A DNA stretch of 50,770 nucleotides from a virus (IMGVR_UViG_3300048839_000493:1-50770), one strand, 5' to 3'. Shown: positions 10,226 through 20,677, counted from the stretch's first letter. Numbers and translations are program-made. The notes: generated by a model from the sequence alone, not told the origin.

Positions 10226-10696
10226 ATGCCGTTCGATACAAAGCAGTTTCACAAAACCAAATTCAAAGCCAGGACAGAGGATGTGCCTGTCCCTGACCTC
10301 GCCGGGTTTTTCCCTGACGGGGAATCGCCGGTCTGGACCGTCAGGGGGCTCACCGGGAAAGAGGTTGGGATCTCTGCCGAGGCTGTAAGCAAGAATAAGA
10401 ACCTGACCGCCGTCGTGGACGCCCTGGCTTCGACCGTCCAGGCCGAAAAGGTCCAGGGGCTCAAGGACGCCCTCGGGATCGGCAAAGTCCCGGACGACAT
10501 CGCCAAGCGGATCGCGCACCTTGAGGCAGGGTCCGTAAGTCCGAAGTGTGACACGGAGCTTGCCCTGAAAATCTGCGAGCATTTCCCGATCATTTTCTAC
10601 GAGCTGACCAACGTCATTTTGAAGCTCACTGGCCAGGGTGCCGAACTGGGAAAGCCCGTCGCCTCTACTCAGACCCCGGAGTCAGAGGCAGCTTAG
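10226..10696 (+). CDS. Tail assembly chaperone (gpG-like)
   Basis: ATG 10226 follows GGAG; lies between major tail and tape measure genes; contains GGGAAAG near its end. Confidence 0.8.
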   Translation: MPFDTKQFHKTKFKARTEDVPVPDLAGFFPDGESPVWTVRGLTGKEVGISAEAVSKNKNLTAVVDALASTVQAEKVQGLKDALGIGKVPDDIAKRIAHLEAGSVSPKCDTELALKICEHFPIIFYELTNVILKLTGQGAELGKPVASTQTPESEAA

Positions 10697-10833
10697 CGCT
10701 GTGCGCGGCGCATGGGGCGTTTTTGTACCAGGCAAGGCCGGATATTTTTCCTTACGGATTTTTAACGGCAACAGAAATGGAACTCTGGGCGATGTACTAC
10801 AAAGACAGGAATAAAAAGCATGGCCGATCTTGA
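10648..10833 (+). CDS. -1 frameshift extension of the tail chaperone (gpGT-like)
   Basis: GGGAAAG (the lambda G/T slippery site) at 10648-10654; the -1 frame stays open to TGA at 10831-10833 (GKARRLYSDPG...LTATEMELWAMYYKDRNKKHGRS). Confidence 0.8.
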   Translation, partial: GKARRLYSDPGVRGSLALCAAHGAFLYQARPDIFPYGFLTATEMELWAMYYKDRNKKHGRS

Positions 10834-13471
10834 GAAAACAGTCAAAATTTTGTTCCTGGGCGAAGACCAGATATCAAAAACGATCACCGATATCGGGTCA
10901 AAGGTCGATGTTTTTTCGGCAACCATCGAGAGTATTGCCAACCCGCTTGCAGGTGTGGCCGACGGGGTAATAAAGACTGACGCAGCTCTTGCTGCAATGG
11001 CTATTGGTGGTCTTGCATATGCCTTTACAAAGTCGAAGGATTTTGAATCAGCGGTTATTGAACTTCAGAAAGTCCTCGGGGATGGCGAATCAGCAGACGC
11101 AGCCATCAAGTCAGCGAAAGATTTATCCAATACTTACGGACAATCCGCAACTGACATCCTCGGCGCAACGGCAGGCTTCCGGCAGGCTGGTTACACAATA
11201 CAAGATGCGCTGACGCTGACCAAAGATTCTCTGGATTTAGTCATCGCCGGCAACATCGATGCTGCTGAATCATCTGGCCTTATCATATCCGCCCTTAAGG
11301 GCTTTGGCCTTGAGGCTGATCAGGCTCGCAGATACATTGACATTCTGAATGCTGTTTCGAACAACTACGCGACCGATGTCAATGAGCTTGCAAAGGGCAT
11401 GTCTGGGCTGTCTCCGATTGCTAACCAATTCGGCCTATCAATGGAAGAAACGGCCGGTATCCTGACCCCTGTCATCGAGGTTTTCCGTTCCGGTGATGAG
11501 GCAGCCGTTGCACTTAAAACCGGTTTGCTCAAACTCGTTGACGACGCAAAGCCGGTTAGAGATGCGCTTGCATCAATTGGTGTGTCTCAGTATGACGCAA
11601 ACGGCCAGCTCAGGTCAGGAAAGGACATTCTCCTTGACGTTGCCAAGGCGTTCACGACGCTCGACGACAATCAAAAGCTGTTTGTGACACAGCAACTTGT
11701 CGGCATTGAGCAGTCTGCCAGGATGGTTCAGGTTTTTGACGGCCTTTCAAAGACATCTGGCATAACTGCTACCGCCATGGAAGCAGCTGGATCGGCAGCG
11801 AAAGAGGTTGCAAAGCGCCTTGAGTCTTCGCAAATCGCCGTTGATCGGTTCAAGGTTGGATGGGAAAACCTCTCTGTTGCTATTGGGGATCAGTTCAGAG
11901 AGGCCGTGAAAGAGGTTTATAACGGCGGAACGGAAATCGAGCGTGTGCTTGAAAGCATGGTTGACAATGGAACGTTTAAACCCGTTTTCGACGCAATCAA
12001 TAAATTTGCAAATGAAATAGGTGACCTTCTAAAGGCCGTCGCAAAAAATCTCCCAGAAGCGTTTGAAAAAGTAAAATTTGACGACTTGTTGAAATCGTTC
12101 GGTGGTCTTGAGGAAGCGGTAAAAGGGTTATTTGAAGGGGTCGATCTAACGACAACAAAAGGGCTTGCCGAGGCAATACAGAAGGCCGTTGACACAATAA
12201 GGTCACTGGTAAATGTAACATCCGGAATGATCGAAGGTTTCAAACCATTTTTTGATGCTATCAAGGGCGGGATATCATCCTTCAACGAGCTTGATTCCGG
12301 AAGTCAAAAAACAGCTGGGAACCTGCTTGCACTGTCGAAAGCCGTAGCAGAAGCTGGGCTAAAGATGGTCGCCGCCGTTCTTGCCATCAGCGCAAGCGCG
12401 GATGAACTCGAACCAACATTCAGGCTTGTTATCAACTCCGTCGGACTACTGCTTGACGGTATGCAACTCGCCTGGAACGGGCTGAAACTCGTAATTTTAG
12501 ACTCTATCGAGTCAATGCTCTCATCCGCTGCCACAGTTGCAAAAATTTTACCATTCGGCGAGCTTGAAGAAAAAATAGATGTGGCCAGAAGGGCAATAGG
12601 TCTCTGGAGGGATGATGTAAGCCAAGACATCAAAGACGCTGCTGAATCAGGGAAGGGGCACCTAAACAGCCTTGGGTGGAATTTTGAACTTGCTGGAGAA
12701 TCATCTGAAAAATCGAAAGAGTCAATTAAATCGGCCATGGAAAAAGCAGGGGAGTCCATGGCAACAGCGCAAACAAAAGCGGAAAGCCTTTTTAAATCAA
12801 TCCCTGCCGAAAAAATCACATCCATAACAGCCAAGGCCGACGAATCAGGCATCAAAAAGGCCGTAGAGTCAGCATGGAACTACATCGAAATCGAGATGCC
12901 AGACGGATCGGTAAAACGCATCGACATTGCAGCAAAAGCGAACAAAGACTCTGCCAAAAAAGCCAAGGAAGACATTGACAGGGAAATTCCTGCTGTCAAG
13001 CAACTTGAGATCCAGACCGAGCTTGACATTGAAAAACTCAAAGCCGTTACCGATGTCTTGAACACCTCTATCGAATGGTCAGCAAAAATCGACATTGCCC
13101 AGATTGAGGCAGACGCTGAGGTCGCAAAAGCGGCCTTTGAATCCATTGGGGAAGCCGTTGCGGCCGTGGCTGATGCCTCCGCATCAATGTTTGGTGATCT
13201 CTCCGGGTATGATGGGGCGCATTTCTACGAGCTTTATGACATCCTTTCTCAGCAGGTTGACATCGAGGAAAAGCTCGTCAACGCCCAAGTGGCGCTGATC
13301 GAGGCCAGGACGGCGGCATATAAAAACGGCACGGCGCAGACATTCACACTTCAGGGTGACAATTTGAGTCAAGGGGCGCGGACCTTTATGTATGATGTCC
13401 TCAAGGAAATTCAGTTGGATATTTCGGAGCGAGGTGACTCCTTGCTCCTCGGTACTGCGGGGGTCTCATGA
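10820..13471 (+). CDS. Tape measure protein
   Basis: 883 aa helical Ala/Lys/Glu-rich protein with a TP901-type core; follows the chaperones. Confidence 0.92.
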   Translation: MADLEKTVKILFLGEDQISKTITDIGSKVDVFSATIESIANPLAGVADGVIKTDAALAAMAIGGLAYAFTKSKDFESAVIELQKVLGDGESADAAIKSAKDLSNTYGQSATDILGATAGFRQAGYTIQDALTLTKDSLDLVIAGNIDAAESSGLIISALKGFGLEADQARRYIDILNAVSNNYATDVNELAKGMSGLSPIANQFGLSMEETAGILTPVIEVFRSGDEAAVALKTGLLKLVDDAKPVRDALASIGVSQYDANGQLRSGKDILLDVAKAFTTLDDNQKLFVTQQLVGIEQSARMVQVFDGLSKTSGITATAMEAAGSAAKEVAKRLESSQIAVDRFKVGWENLSVAIGDQFREAVKEVYNGGTEIERVLESMVDNGTFKPVFDAINKFANEIGDLLKAVAKNLPEAFEKVKFDDLLKSFGGLEEAVKGLFEGVDLTTTKGLAEAIQKAVDTIRSLVNVTSGMIEGFKPFFDAIKGGISSFNELDSGSQKTAGNLLALSKAVAEAGLKMVAAVLAISASADELEPTFRLVINSVGLLLDGMQLAWNGLKLVILDSIESMLSSAATVAKILPFGELEEKIDVARRAIGLWRDDVSQDIKDAAESGKGHLNSLGWNFELAGESSEKSKESIKSAMEKAGESMATAQTKAESLFKSIPAEKITSITAKADESGIKKAVESAWNYIEIEMPDGSVKRIDIAAKANKDSAKKAKEDIDREIPAVKQLEIQTELDIEKLKAVTDVLNTSIEWSAKIDIAQIEADAEVAKAAFESIGEAVAAVADASASMFGDLSGYDGAHFYELYDILSQQVDIEEKLVNAQVALIEARTAAYKNGTAQTFTLQGDNLSQGARTFMYDVLKEIQLDISERGDSLLLGTAGVS

Positions 13472-13812
13472 TCGCAATCTCGACACCCACCTATGACCTT
13501 GACGGCGCCCGGATCTTCAGCCGGACCGAGCGGACCAATCTGACGGCCATCTCCCGCCGGGTGACCAGGACCGCCACCCTGGACGGCGGGGTCTCGATCT
13601 ACGACGGGGGGCACTCCGCCGGGGATCGGACCATTGAGCTGAGGCAGGCCAACCCGACGGACGAAGATGTGGCATTCGGCACCTATATCACCCGCTATTA
13701 CCGGGAGGTGCTGGTCTGTTGCTCGGCGGGTGTGTTCCTGGCTGTCCCGGCTGATCTCAATCTCACCAACAACGAAATGATCCTGAAACTGCTCATCAAG
13801 GAGGAGCTGTAA
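13468..13812 (+). CDS. Distal tail protein (putative)
   Basis: SRRVTRTATLDGGV motif; immediately after the tape measure gene. Confidence 0.6.
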   Translation: MIAISTPTYDLDGARIFSRTERTNLTAISRRVTRTATLDGGVSIYDGGHSAGDRTIELRQANPTDEDVAFGTYITRYYREVLVCCSAGVFLAVPADLNLTNNEMILKLLIKEEL

Positions 13813-14438
13813 TGGGCGCAAAATTCTGGGAGTCCGACAAGTTTAGACTCCACCTTGCAATGAAAATCCACGACCTTGAGGACAGCACGTACAAGCTGGC
13901 CCTGGTCACGTCCGCCGCGACCTCCTCGGAGGATGAGTGGGCGACCTCGACCGATTACGAAGTGGGAGACGTCGTGGTCCCGACGACACGCAACGGACAC
14001 CGCTACATCTGCACCACGGCTGGCACATCCGTATCGGAGCCAGCCTGGCCGACAACCGAAGGGGCTTCGATCGGATCGTCCCCGGAGTGGACAGAGTACG
14101 GCGGGGATATGTGCGCCCATGACCTATGGGCAGACTTTTCCGGGTCCGAGGCGGCGACCGGCGACGGGTATACCACGGGCGGTGAGACCCTGGCGAGTAA
14201 GACCCTGCCACAGACCTACCGGGATGTCTACTGGGACGCTGCGGACGTCACCTGGACCGGGCTGACAAAGACCTTCCGGTTTGCGGTGCTCTACCTCTCA
14301 GGCACAGTGGACGGCATTGTCAATCCTGTGGTCGGGTATGCCCTGTGTGATGACACGTTCGTGGACAAGTCGATTTCTGGGATCAACTACAAACTGTACT
14401 GGTCCACGTCCGGTATTCTCCAGATAGGGAGGGCATAG
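13812..14438 (+). CDS. Tail-associated protein with inserted carbohydrate-binding-like module
   Basis: W..STDYEVGDVV.PT..NGHRY.C..AGTS..EP.WPT (CBM5/12-like) inserted in a KLALVTS...GYT.GG.TL...WDAADVTW structural domain. Confidence 0.6.
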   Translation: MGAKFWESDKFRLHLAMKIHDLEDSTYKLALVTSAATSSEDEWATSTDYEVGDVVVPTTRNGHRYICTTAGTSVSEPAWPTTEGASIGSSPEWTEYGGDMCAHDLWADFSGSEAATGDGYTTGGETLASKTLPQTYRDVYWDAADVTWTGLTKTFRFAVLYLSGTVDGIVNPVVGYALCDDTFVDKSISGINYKLYWSTSGILQIGRA

Positions 14439-14440
14439 GC

Positions 14441-15187
14441 ATGGCAACCTCTCACCTCAAATACGACCAGCCGGATGACGGCGACGGGATCGCAACCGAG
14501 ACCTTCACCGAGGACACGATCACCAAGCATTTTCAAAGGACTGTCCCAGGGTACAAGCCTCATGGTGACTGGCAGGAAATATGGGCCGACACGGTAGGAC
14601 CAAAGCCGGATATCCTCAGTCTCTGCACCAGCGGGCAGGACAACTGGACGGCGACCGGCGGCGGCGACGGCTCCTACTACTACAACCACGGTGACAACCT
14701 GGATTTCGACCGGCTGGTGGTGATTGAAATGCTCTACGCATCCGGCGCCAACGCCCTGGCCGAGGGGACACTCGGGAGTCTCGGTAATAACGAGTATGCC
14801 ATCGGTGACAACGACAGCCTGGGTTTTGATACCATCTACATCAAGCGCAACGATCCGGATGCCCAGGTCACAGGCTACTACAGCCTGCACTACTGCTGGA
14901 GCTGCGACGGGCACAGCAAGGTCCTTGTCTCGTCCGTGTTCGACACAGCCGGGGAGTCCATCGTTGTGCATCCCATTTTGTTCATCGGCGCAACCTGGAA
15001 CCCGCTCATCCTGGATGCCGTTACCCTGACCGAGACAGAGGAAACCTGGAGTGACGTAGATGACATGATCAACGGGCTTCCCGGGAACGGGTTCGTTTTT
15101 GACACCTACGGTGCCATGGCTTACGGGTTTCTCGTGACCACGGCCCCGGCAACCGGCACGGCATTTCTGAGGGCGCAGGCAATCTGA
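14441..15187 (+). CDS. Putative virion structural protein
   Basis: Acidic 248 aa ORF, translationally coupled within the tail module. Confidence 0.55.
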   Translation: MATSHLKYDQPDDGDGIATETFTEDTITKHFQRTVPGYKPHGDWQEIWADTVGPKPDILSLCTSGQDNWTATGGGDGSYYYNHGDNLDFDRLVVIEMLYASGANALAEGTLGSLGNNEYAIGDNDSLGFDTIYIKRNDPDAQVTGYYSLHYCWSCDGHSKVLVSSVFDTAGESIVVHPILFIGATWNPLILDAVTLTETEETWSDVDDMINGLPGNGFVFDTYGAMAYGFLVTTAPATGTAFLRAQAI

Positions 15188-16623
15188 TGCTTTTCCTGCT
15201 GCAAAAAGCGACCGAGCGCGACCGGATAGGGGGGGTTCCTCCCAGGGTCGGGCCACTTCGTGATCCGGTGACGGGGGTCACGGAGTTCGACAATCACCTG
15301 GACGGCTATCTCTGGTACACCAACCACCAAAACGGATGGCGGCAGGAGCCAGCCGGAGTTCTCGCCGCAGAGGCCCCGGATTCGGTCGGGCAGTACATCC
15401 TTTCCACGGCCCGGGTTCGGGTGACGGAGGAAACGGTTTTCTCCTTCCTCGGCACGATCAAATCCAGCAACAAGGCCCAGTCGTGGCACGGCGGCGTGGG
15501 CAGTCTCCAGTATTACGGCAACATCCTCCGGTTCAGAGTTTGTGATCCATCCCTCGCCCAGTATTACGCCGGGGACGACTACACCACGATCCATGATGAG
15601 ACCATCGGCGGCTGGCATGTTGACCACGTTTTCACCGTGACACTGCAACCAGGCGTCTATGATCTGGTTTTCGAGCACGCTAAGGTCTGGTTCATGGCGA
15701 ACAGCGTTGATGGCCACAGGTACGACTCGACCAATGACCTGACCTGGATGGTCGCTGCCTACGTCGCACCGGCCGGCAGTCCGACCAACGAGGCCACGAT
15801 CTCCGGCATGTCTGAAATCCTGCCGCTGATGATCACCGTCAGCAACAACGCCATAGGGGACCAGGAGGGGGACGAGTTCGGCGGGGAGATGGACGGACTG
15901 GAAGATCCGGCTTTCATATCGGTTCGGGCCTACACACCGACCAGTTTTGAAGGGGCGCTCGATGAGATCGGCCCGGGGATCATCAAGGTCAACGCCTTGC
16001 CGATCACGCAGGAGGTCAACTCCGTCCTGCCTCTTGCCCGGGTGACCGTCAACCCGCTCAACGTCGGCTCCTGGTGGACGGTCCCGCCGACGCTCTCCGG
16101 CCAGATGACGGACATCTACGTCTGCATCCTGACCGGGGCAGATGACGGCCTCGATGATCTCCGTATCCCGATCTCCAGTTTCACAGCCCGGATGAGGTCT
16201 GCCGAGCCGAGCTACCTTGGCGTAGTGATCCCGGCCATCACTGACTACGAGGACGAGATCAACCTCCGGCAAAACGGCGACATTGAGATATGGAAGGGGT
16301 TCCGGGACATCAACGGGACCGAGCACCTGGAGCGGATCATCTCCGTGAATTTTGATTACCTGCGTTTGGACCAGGGGGCGGCATCGGCATCCGGCACGAT
16401 GGTGGGCTACCGACAGCGGACCAATGATTCCCCGACCGAGCGGACCGTCTCGAACATCTCCTACCGGGCGGTTTCGGAGTCCGGCACCCTGCGCCTGCGC
16501 GGTGACGTTGATTTGTTCGTGCAGCCCGGGGACACCTGCGTGTTCGGCACCGATGAGTTTGTGATCGACACCATCACCTACATTGTGACACCGCAGCTTG
16601 CCTATATGGAGGTCGCTGAATGA
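15187..16623 (+). CDS. Tail tip/baseplate hub-like protein
   Basis: C-terminal RIPISSF.AR...VQPGDT pattern; position in the tail module. Confidence 0.55.
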   Translation: MLFLLQKATERDRIGGVPPRVGPLRDPVTGVTEFDNHLDGYLWYTNHQNGWRQEPAGVLAAEAPDSVGQYILSTARVRVTEETVFSFLGTIKSSNKAQSWHGGVGSLQYYGNILRFRVCDPSLAQYYAGDDYTTIHDETIGGWHVDHVFTVTLQPGVYDLVFEHAKVWFMANSVDGHRYDSTNDLTWMVAAYVAPAGSPTNEATISGMSEILPLMITVSNNAIGDQEGDEFGGEMDGLEDPAFISVRAYTPTSFEGALDEIGPGIIKVNALPITQEVNSVLPLARVTVNPLNVGSWWTVPPTLSGQMTDIYVCILTGADDGLDDLRIPISSFTARMRSAEPSYLGVVIPAITDYEDEINLRQNGDIEIWKGFRDINGTEHLERIISVNFDYLRLDQGAASASGTMVGYRQRTNDSPTERTVSNISYRAVSESGTLRLRGDVDLFVQPGDTCVFGTDEFVIDTITYIVTPQLAYMEVAE

Positions 16624-19247
16624 GCACCGCCAAAATCACCTCCAACCTGGGGGAAGGCCGGTACAAAATCATCATCGACCAGGATACCAGCGTCATCGAT
16701 GGCCGCCTGACCAAACTCTCCGAGCGGATCACGGAACTGGAGACCAGTATCCCGAAGCTCGATGACGAGCAGACCGCCGCCGCGGGCACCCTATATGTGA
16801 AGGTGGCAGCCCTGAACTCCTCCATCGCCGCATACAAAGCCAGCGGATACGCCGACGCCGAGCGGGCCGCAGTCCAGGAGGCGACGCTCGAATTTTTGGA
16901 CGCCGAGACCGCCGCCCTGACTGCCCGGACGAAATTGTCCGAGGCAAAACTCCAATTGCTCGCAGCGCAGAAAGAGCACGAGAAGGTCACGGCTCTCAAG
17001 GCGGCCATCACGACAGCCGAGAGGGAAGCCTGGGCGGTGGATCTCTCCACGGAACTGACAGTCGGCTCAACCGTCGGGATCGTGGAAATCAACGGTGAGA
17101 CGGGCCGGATCAACATTGCCGCAGCAGGCGCCGCAACTGCCGGGAAGATCACCCCGGCGCAGTCTATGACAGAGGCCCAGGCATACGCCGGGACAGCGAT
17201 CAAACCGGGTTGGCAGAAATTCCGCCCGACGTACCGGACGGGGATTATCACGGCCATTGATTACGAGACGGATACCTGCTCGGTCTCCCTGGACGCCGCT
17301 ACATCCTCCACGCTCCGCCCCAGGTCAAAGGATGCAGACGGAGAGATCACGGAACCGGTTGGATACGACATCAACCAGACCGCTGCACTGACCGATGTAC
17401 CGATCCATTACATGACCTGCAACTCGTCCGTGTTTGTCGTCGGGGACGCCGTGGTTGTGCAGTTCCAGGAGCAGGACTGGGGTCAACCGCAGGTGATCGG
17501 GTTTGTCTCCAACCCGGTCGGATGCGCCACACAGATTCAACTCCGGTTTGCCGCCGCCAGCGCCTACGCCGAATTCACGACCTACGCAAACGCCAGGATT
17601 GCCGAACTCGGGACCGCCGTTGACCATGCCGAATATCTGCGGGATACCTTCTGTGATGAGATCCTTGACCACATCCAGGTGCTTGAGGGAGAGGTCAAGA
17701 GCTTTTTCAAACTGCCGACAGGGGAATCACTGTATCAGGTTTGGAGTCAGGCCGAAATCGATCAACTCAAAGCGCCGTGGGAAGAGGTCAAGGACAGCAC
17801 TGCCGACCTGATCATTGACAACCTACAAGAGGCAATCGGGCGATGGGAGACTGCCCGGGACGCCGGGTCGGCGCTGGCCGACTCTCTCCTTGGAACCATT
17901 GCCGGATGCACCCTCCCGGCCAACGACATGACAGACGAGGAAATGGGGGATTTCATAGTCACACTCGATTGCTGCCGGACCGAGGAGGCAGAACCCGCCG
18001 CGATCGACACCTCCGGTTGGACCAGCTACCAGGCCAGGCAAATCCTCTCACTTTTCGGCCTCACTTTGTGGGATGAGGCACAAGACGCCTGTTCCCCGGA
18101 CATTTACGTCCGTCTCCGGGTGCCGTCTCTCGCCAGCTTCTCGGCCAGCCTCAAGGGTGCAGTTGACCAGGAAAACAAGCTCCTGCACATCATCGCCACA
18201 GATCACACCGGGAGCATTGACGGCCTGCCCGAGGGGTGGCTCGAAACACTCCGGCTCGTCCTGCGGATCGACGGGACAGGGGAGACGCTTTCTTACCCGA
18301 CCGAATCGGATTACACCGTGACCAGTTTCCAGTTGCCGGTTTACGGCACACCTACGTCGGCGACCTTCGACCTTCGGGCAACCGGGCGCCTGCTTGACTT
18401 TCCGACGACCTTCGGGGCCAGGGTGCCGAGCTGGAAATGGCGGACTGTGACCATCAATTTCAACCCAGTCGATGTTCCGTATGGTGAGATTGTGGAGTAT
18501 GAGGACGGCTACTCCTTCATGAGTCTCTATTTCCGGTACGTCGGCAACGCCTTCCAAAACAACTTGAATTCCGGTATAGGAGACACTTACCACCCGATCA
18601 GTTTCGCCCTGTCCAGGGCCGCGAACAGGTTCTACGGCGCTTATAACGAACACCCGATTACAACGGGAGTAGACAATCTGACGGTGATCGAAAAGGAAGC
18701 TGCTGAGATGTTGACCGACTTGGCCGAGGTCAACACCGAAGTCAACGCCTTCCCCTATCAGCGCGATTCGATCGACTCCGACCACTGGTATTTTCTGACC
18801 GGGACCGCCGCCGGGGACTGCGAGGACTATTCGATCACGAAAATCCAGAAACTCCTTGAGCGAGGCTGGTCGATTGACAACCTCCGGCTCGAATCCGGAT
18901 TCAGGGAAATTTCCTATGTGCCACCCCGCTATTACGACGACGGCAGCGAGATCCGCGCATTCGACGGCCATATGTGGGTGCTGGCAGACGTCGGAGGGAC
19001 CAAGTACGCCCTGACCAACGGCAACAACTCACTGTTCGATCCGGCAACACTCCGGGCGCTTTACCCCTACGCTCCCCATGTGCAGATCAGCGGGCGGACA
19101 TGGGCTCCCTACGACCTCCCGGCCTGGACGCCGGACATGGAACGGGCCGTGACAGTAGAGCCGCTGCCACACACCAGTTTTGACTTGCCGATCATCCGCA
19201 TGACAGGATCAATGCTCAACACCACGCCGGAGGTGCCTGCATCATGA
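16620..19247 (+). CDS. Tail tip protein with coiled coil and C-terminal transglutaminase-like cysteine protease (BTLCP/LapG-like) domain
   Basis: N-terminal coiled coil and RPTYRTG.IT.ID motif; C-terminal VN..VN..PY..D....D.W......GDCEDY...K...L...GW....LRL...GH.W. Confidence 0.75.
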   Translation: MSTAKITSNLGEGRYKIIIDQDTSVIDGRLTKLSERITELETSIPKLDDEQTAAAGTLYVKVAALNSSIAAYKASGYADAERAAVQEATLEFLDAETAALTARTKLSEAKLQLLAAQKEHEKVTALKAAITTAEREAWAVDLSTELTVGSTVGIVEINGETGRINIAAAGAATAGKITPAQSMTEAQAYAGTAIKPGWQKFRPTYRTGIITAIDYETDTCSVSLDAATSSTLRPRSKDADGEITEPVGYDINQTAALTDVPIHYMTCNSSVFVVGDAVVVQFQEQDWGQPQVIGFVSNPVGCATQIQLRFAAASAYAEFTTYANARIAELGTAVDHAEYLRDTFCDEILDHIQVLEGEVKSFFKLPTGESLYQVWSQAEIDQLKAPWEEVKDSTADLIIDNLQEAIGRWETARDAGSALADSLLGTIAGCTLPANDMTDEEMGDFIVTLDCCRTEEAEPAAIDTSGWTSYQARQILSLFGLTLWDEAQDACSPDIYVRLRVPSLASFSASLKGAVDQENKLLHIIATDHTGSIDGLPEGWLETLRLVLRIDGTGETLSYPTESDYTVTSFQLPVYGTPTSATFDLRATGRLLDFPTTFGARVPSWKWRTVTINFNPVDVPYGEIVEYEDGYSFMSLYFRYVGNAFQNNLNSGIGDTYHPISFALSRAANRFYGAYNEHPITTGVDNLTVIEKEAAEMLTDLAEVNTEVNAFPYQRDSIDSDHWYFLTGTAAGDCEDYSITKIQKLLERGWSIDNLRLESGFREISYVPPRYYDDGSEIRAFDGHMWVLADVGGTKYALTNGNNSLFDPATLRALYPYAPHVQISGRTWAPYDLPAWTPDMERAVTVEPLPHTSFDLPIIRMTGSMLNTTPEVPAS

Positions 19248-20677
19248 GTTTTGCGGCAAAAAGCGTCGTAATAGACATCGCGGATAACTGGGGTCACGCT
19301 TCTTACATCGGTTTGCGGTCAGTTGATTTGTATCTCAACGGGGCATTGGTTGAAACAGAATCGACCTGTTACCACACATCGGTTTATTCTGCATCCTATT
19401 CTGCCGAACACGTTTTTGACACATCGAAATCAAAAATAGGATCGTGGGATAGCACCTCATGGGTGTCTGGCAACGGTAATACTACCAACCAGAGACTCGT
19501 TGCCGTCTTTGATTCCGAAATTGAGTTTGACGCGATTGTGGTCAACAACCAGCACAATTCAGGCGCCGCATCCGATTGCGGTGCAAAAAACATTGTAATC
19601 ACCATCACTGAGGACACCTATACAACCACAACATATGGCGCCAGTGTGACAAATGGCACTGATATTTTTGACGGACAACTCGGACAGCACGTTGCGGTTA
19701 ATGAGGCGGACGGTGAAATCGTTCTGGACCAGACGGGGGTGTGGGCCAAATCCGTTGTTTTCGATTGCGCTGACAATTGGGGTGATGCCTCCTATATGGG
19801 CATCAGAGCGATCGAGTTAACCGCCGATTCGTCAGTAATTTCGTTGGCCAGTGCGGATTTCAACGCGTATTCGACAACATCGAGCAACGCTCATTTCGTT
19901 GCCGATTTTGCCTTTGAAACTGCCCTATCAAAAACTGGATCATACTCAAGAACATCCTGGGTGTCTTTATCTGGCAATGTGACCAACCAGCGCTTGACGA
20001 TTCGGTTCTGTAACCCCTTATGGTTCGATGGGATCACGGTCAATAATGGTCACGATTCTGGGTCTGATACGGACATAGGGGCAAAGGCCGTCAAGATTTA
20101 CAGGACTGCCGAGTCAACGACATCAACCACTTACGAAGATGCCGTATCCGGTGGAACCAAAATATTCGATGGCCAACTACTCCAACACAGCGCCGCCGAT
20201 GAGGCCGACGACCAGGAACTTACGCTCGATGACGGCAGCGTTGATATCACCTCCGACGGGATCACCACGGGTTCGCCCGCCATGGGGACTCCGACCATGG
20301 GCCAAGTTCACGCGCTAACAGGAGCCGGGATCGCGGCTGGTGCTCCAGATGTTGATGCGCCGAGCATCGGCCAGATCCATGCCCTAACCGGGTCAGGCAT
20401 CACCGCCGGATCTCCCACGCTCGGAGCCCCGGACGTGATCAAGGACGACCTGACAGCCTCCGGCATAGTCACTGGCATCCCGTCGGTAGGCGCACCAACG
20501 ACCGGGCAGGTCCACGGTATCACAGCCACAGGCATCACAACCGGCTCGGCCAGAGTTGGGACACCTGCCATCGACTGGACACAGCCGGGGACGCCGGAAA
20601 GCAGGACATGGAGAATCCCGGCAGAAGGTCGGGAATGGAAAATATTGTTTGAAACGAGAACTTGGAGGATATCATGA
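19244..20677 (+). CDS. Fibre/receptor-binding-like protein with two tandem beta-sandwich domains and G/T/P repeats
   Basis: A ~160 aa unit (AKSVV.D.ADNWG.ASY.G.R...NQRL...IFDGQL.QH) occurs twice, followed by GI.xGsP.xG.P repeats. Confidence 0.7.
   Translation: MSFAAKSVVIDIADNWGHASYIGLRSVDLYLNGALVETESTCYHTSVYSASYSAEHVFDTSKSKIGSWDSTSWVSGNGNTTNQRLVAVFDSEIEFDAIVVNNQHNSGAASDCGAKNIVITITEDTYTTTTYGASVTNGTDIFDGQLGQHVAVNEADGEIVLDQTGVWAKSVVFDCADNWGDASYMGIRAIELTADSSVISLASADFNAYSTTSSNAHFVADFAFETALSKTGSYSRTSWVSLSGNVTNQRLTIRFCNPLWFDGITVNNGHDSGSDTDIGAKAVKIYRTAESTTSTTYEDAVSGGTKIFDGQLLQHSAADEADDQELTLDDGSVDITSDGITTGSPAMGTPTMGQVHALTGAGIAAGAPDVDAPSIGQIHALTGSGITAGSPTLGAPDVIKDDLTASGIVTGIPSVGAPTTGQVHGITATGITTGSARVGTPAIDWTQPGTPESRTWRIPAEGREWKILFETRTWRIS

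Noticed and set aside
15121-16326. Long antisense ORFs (also 18048-18971, 38940-39866, 40653-41720)
   Set aside because: Shadow frames of GC-rich genes on the opposite strand, with no motifs.
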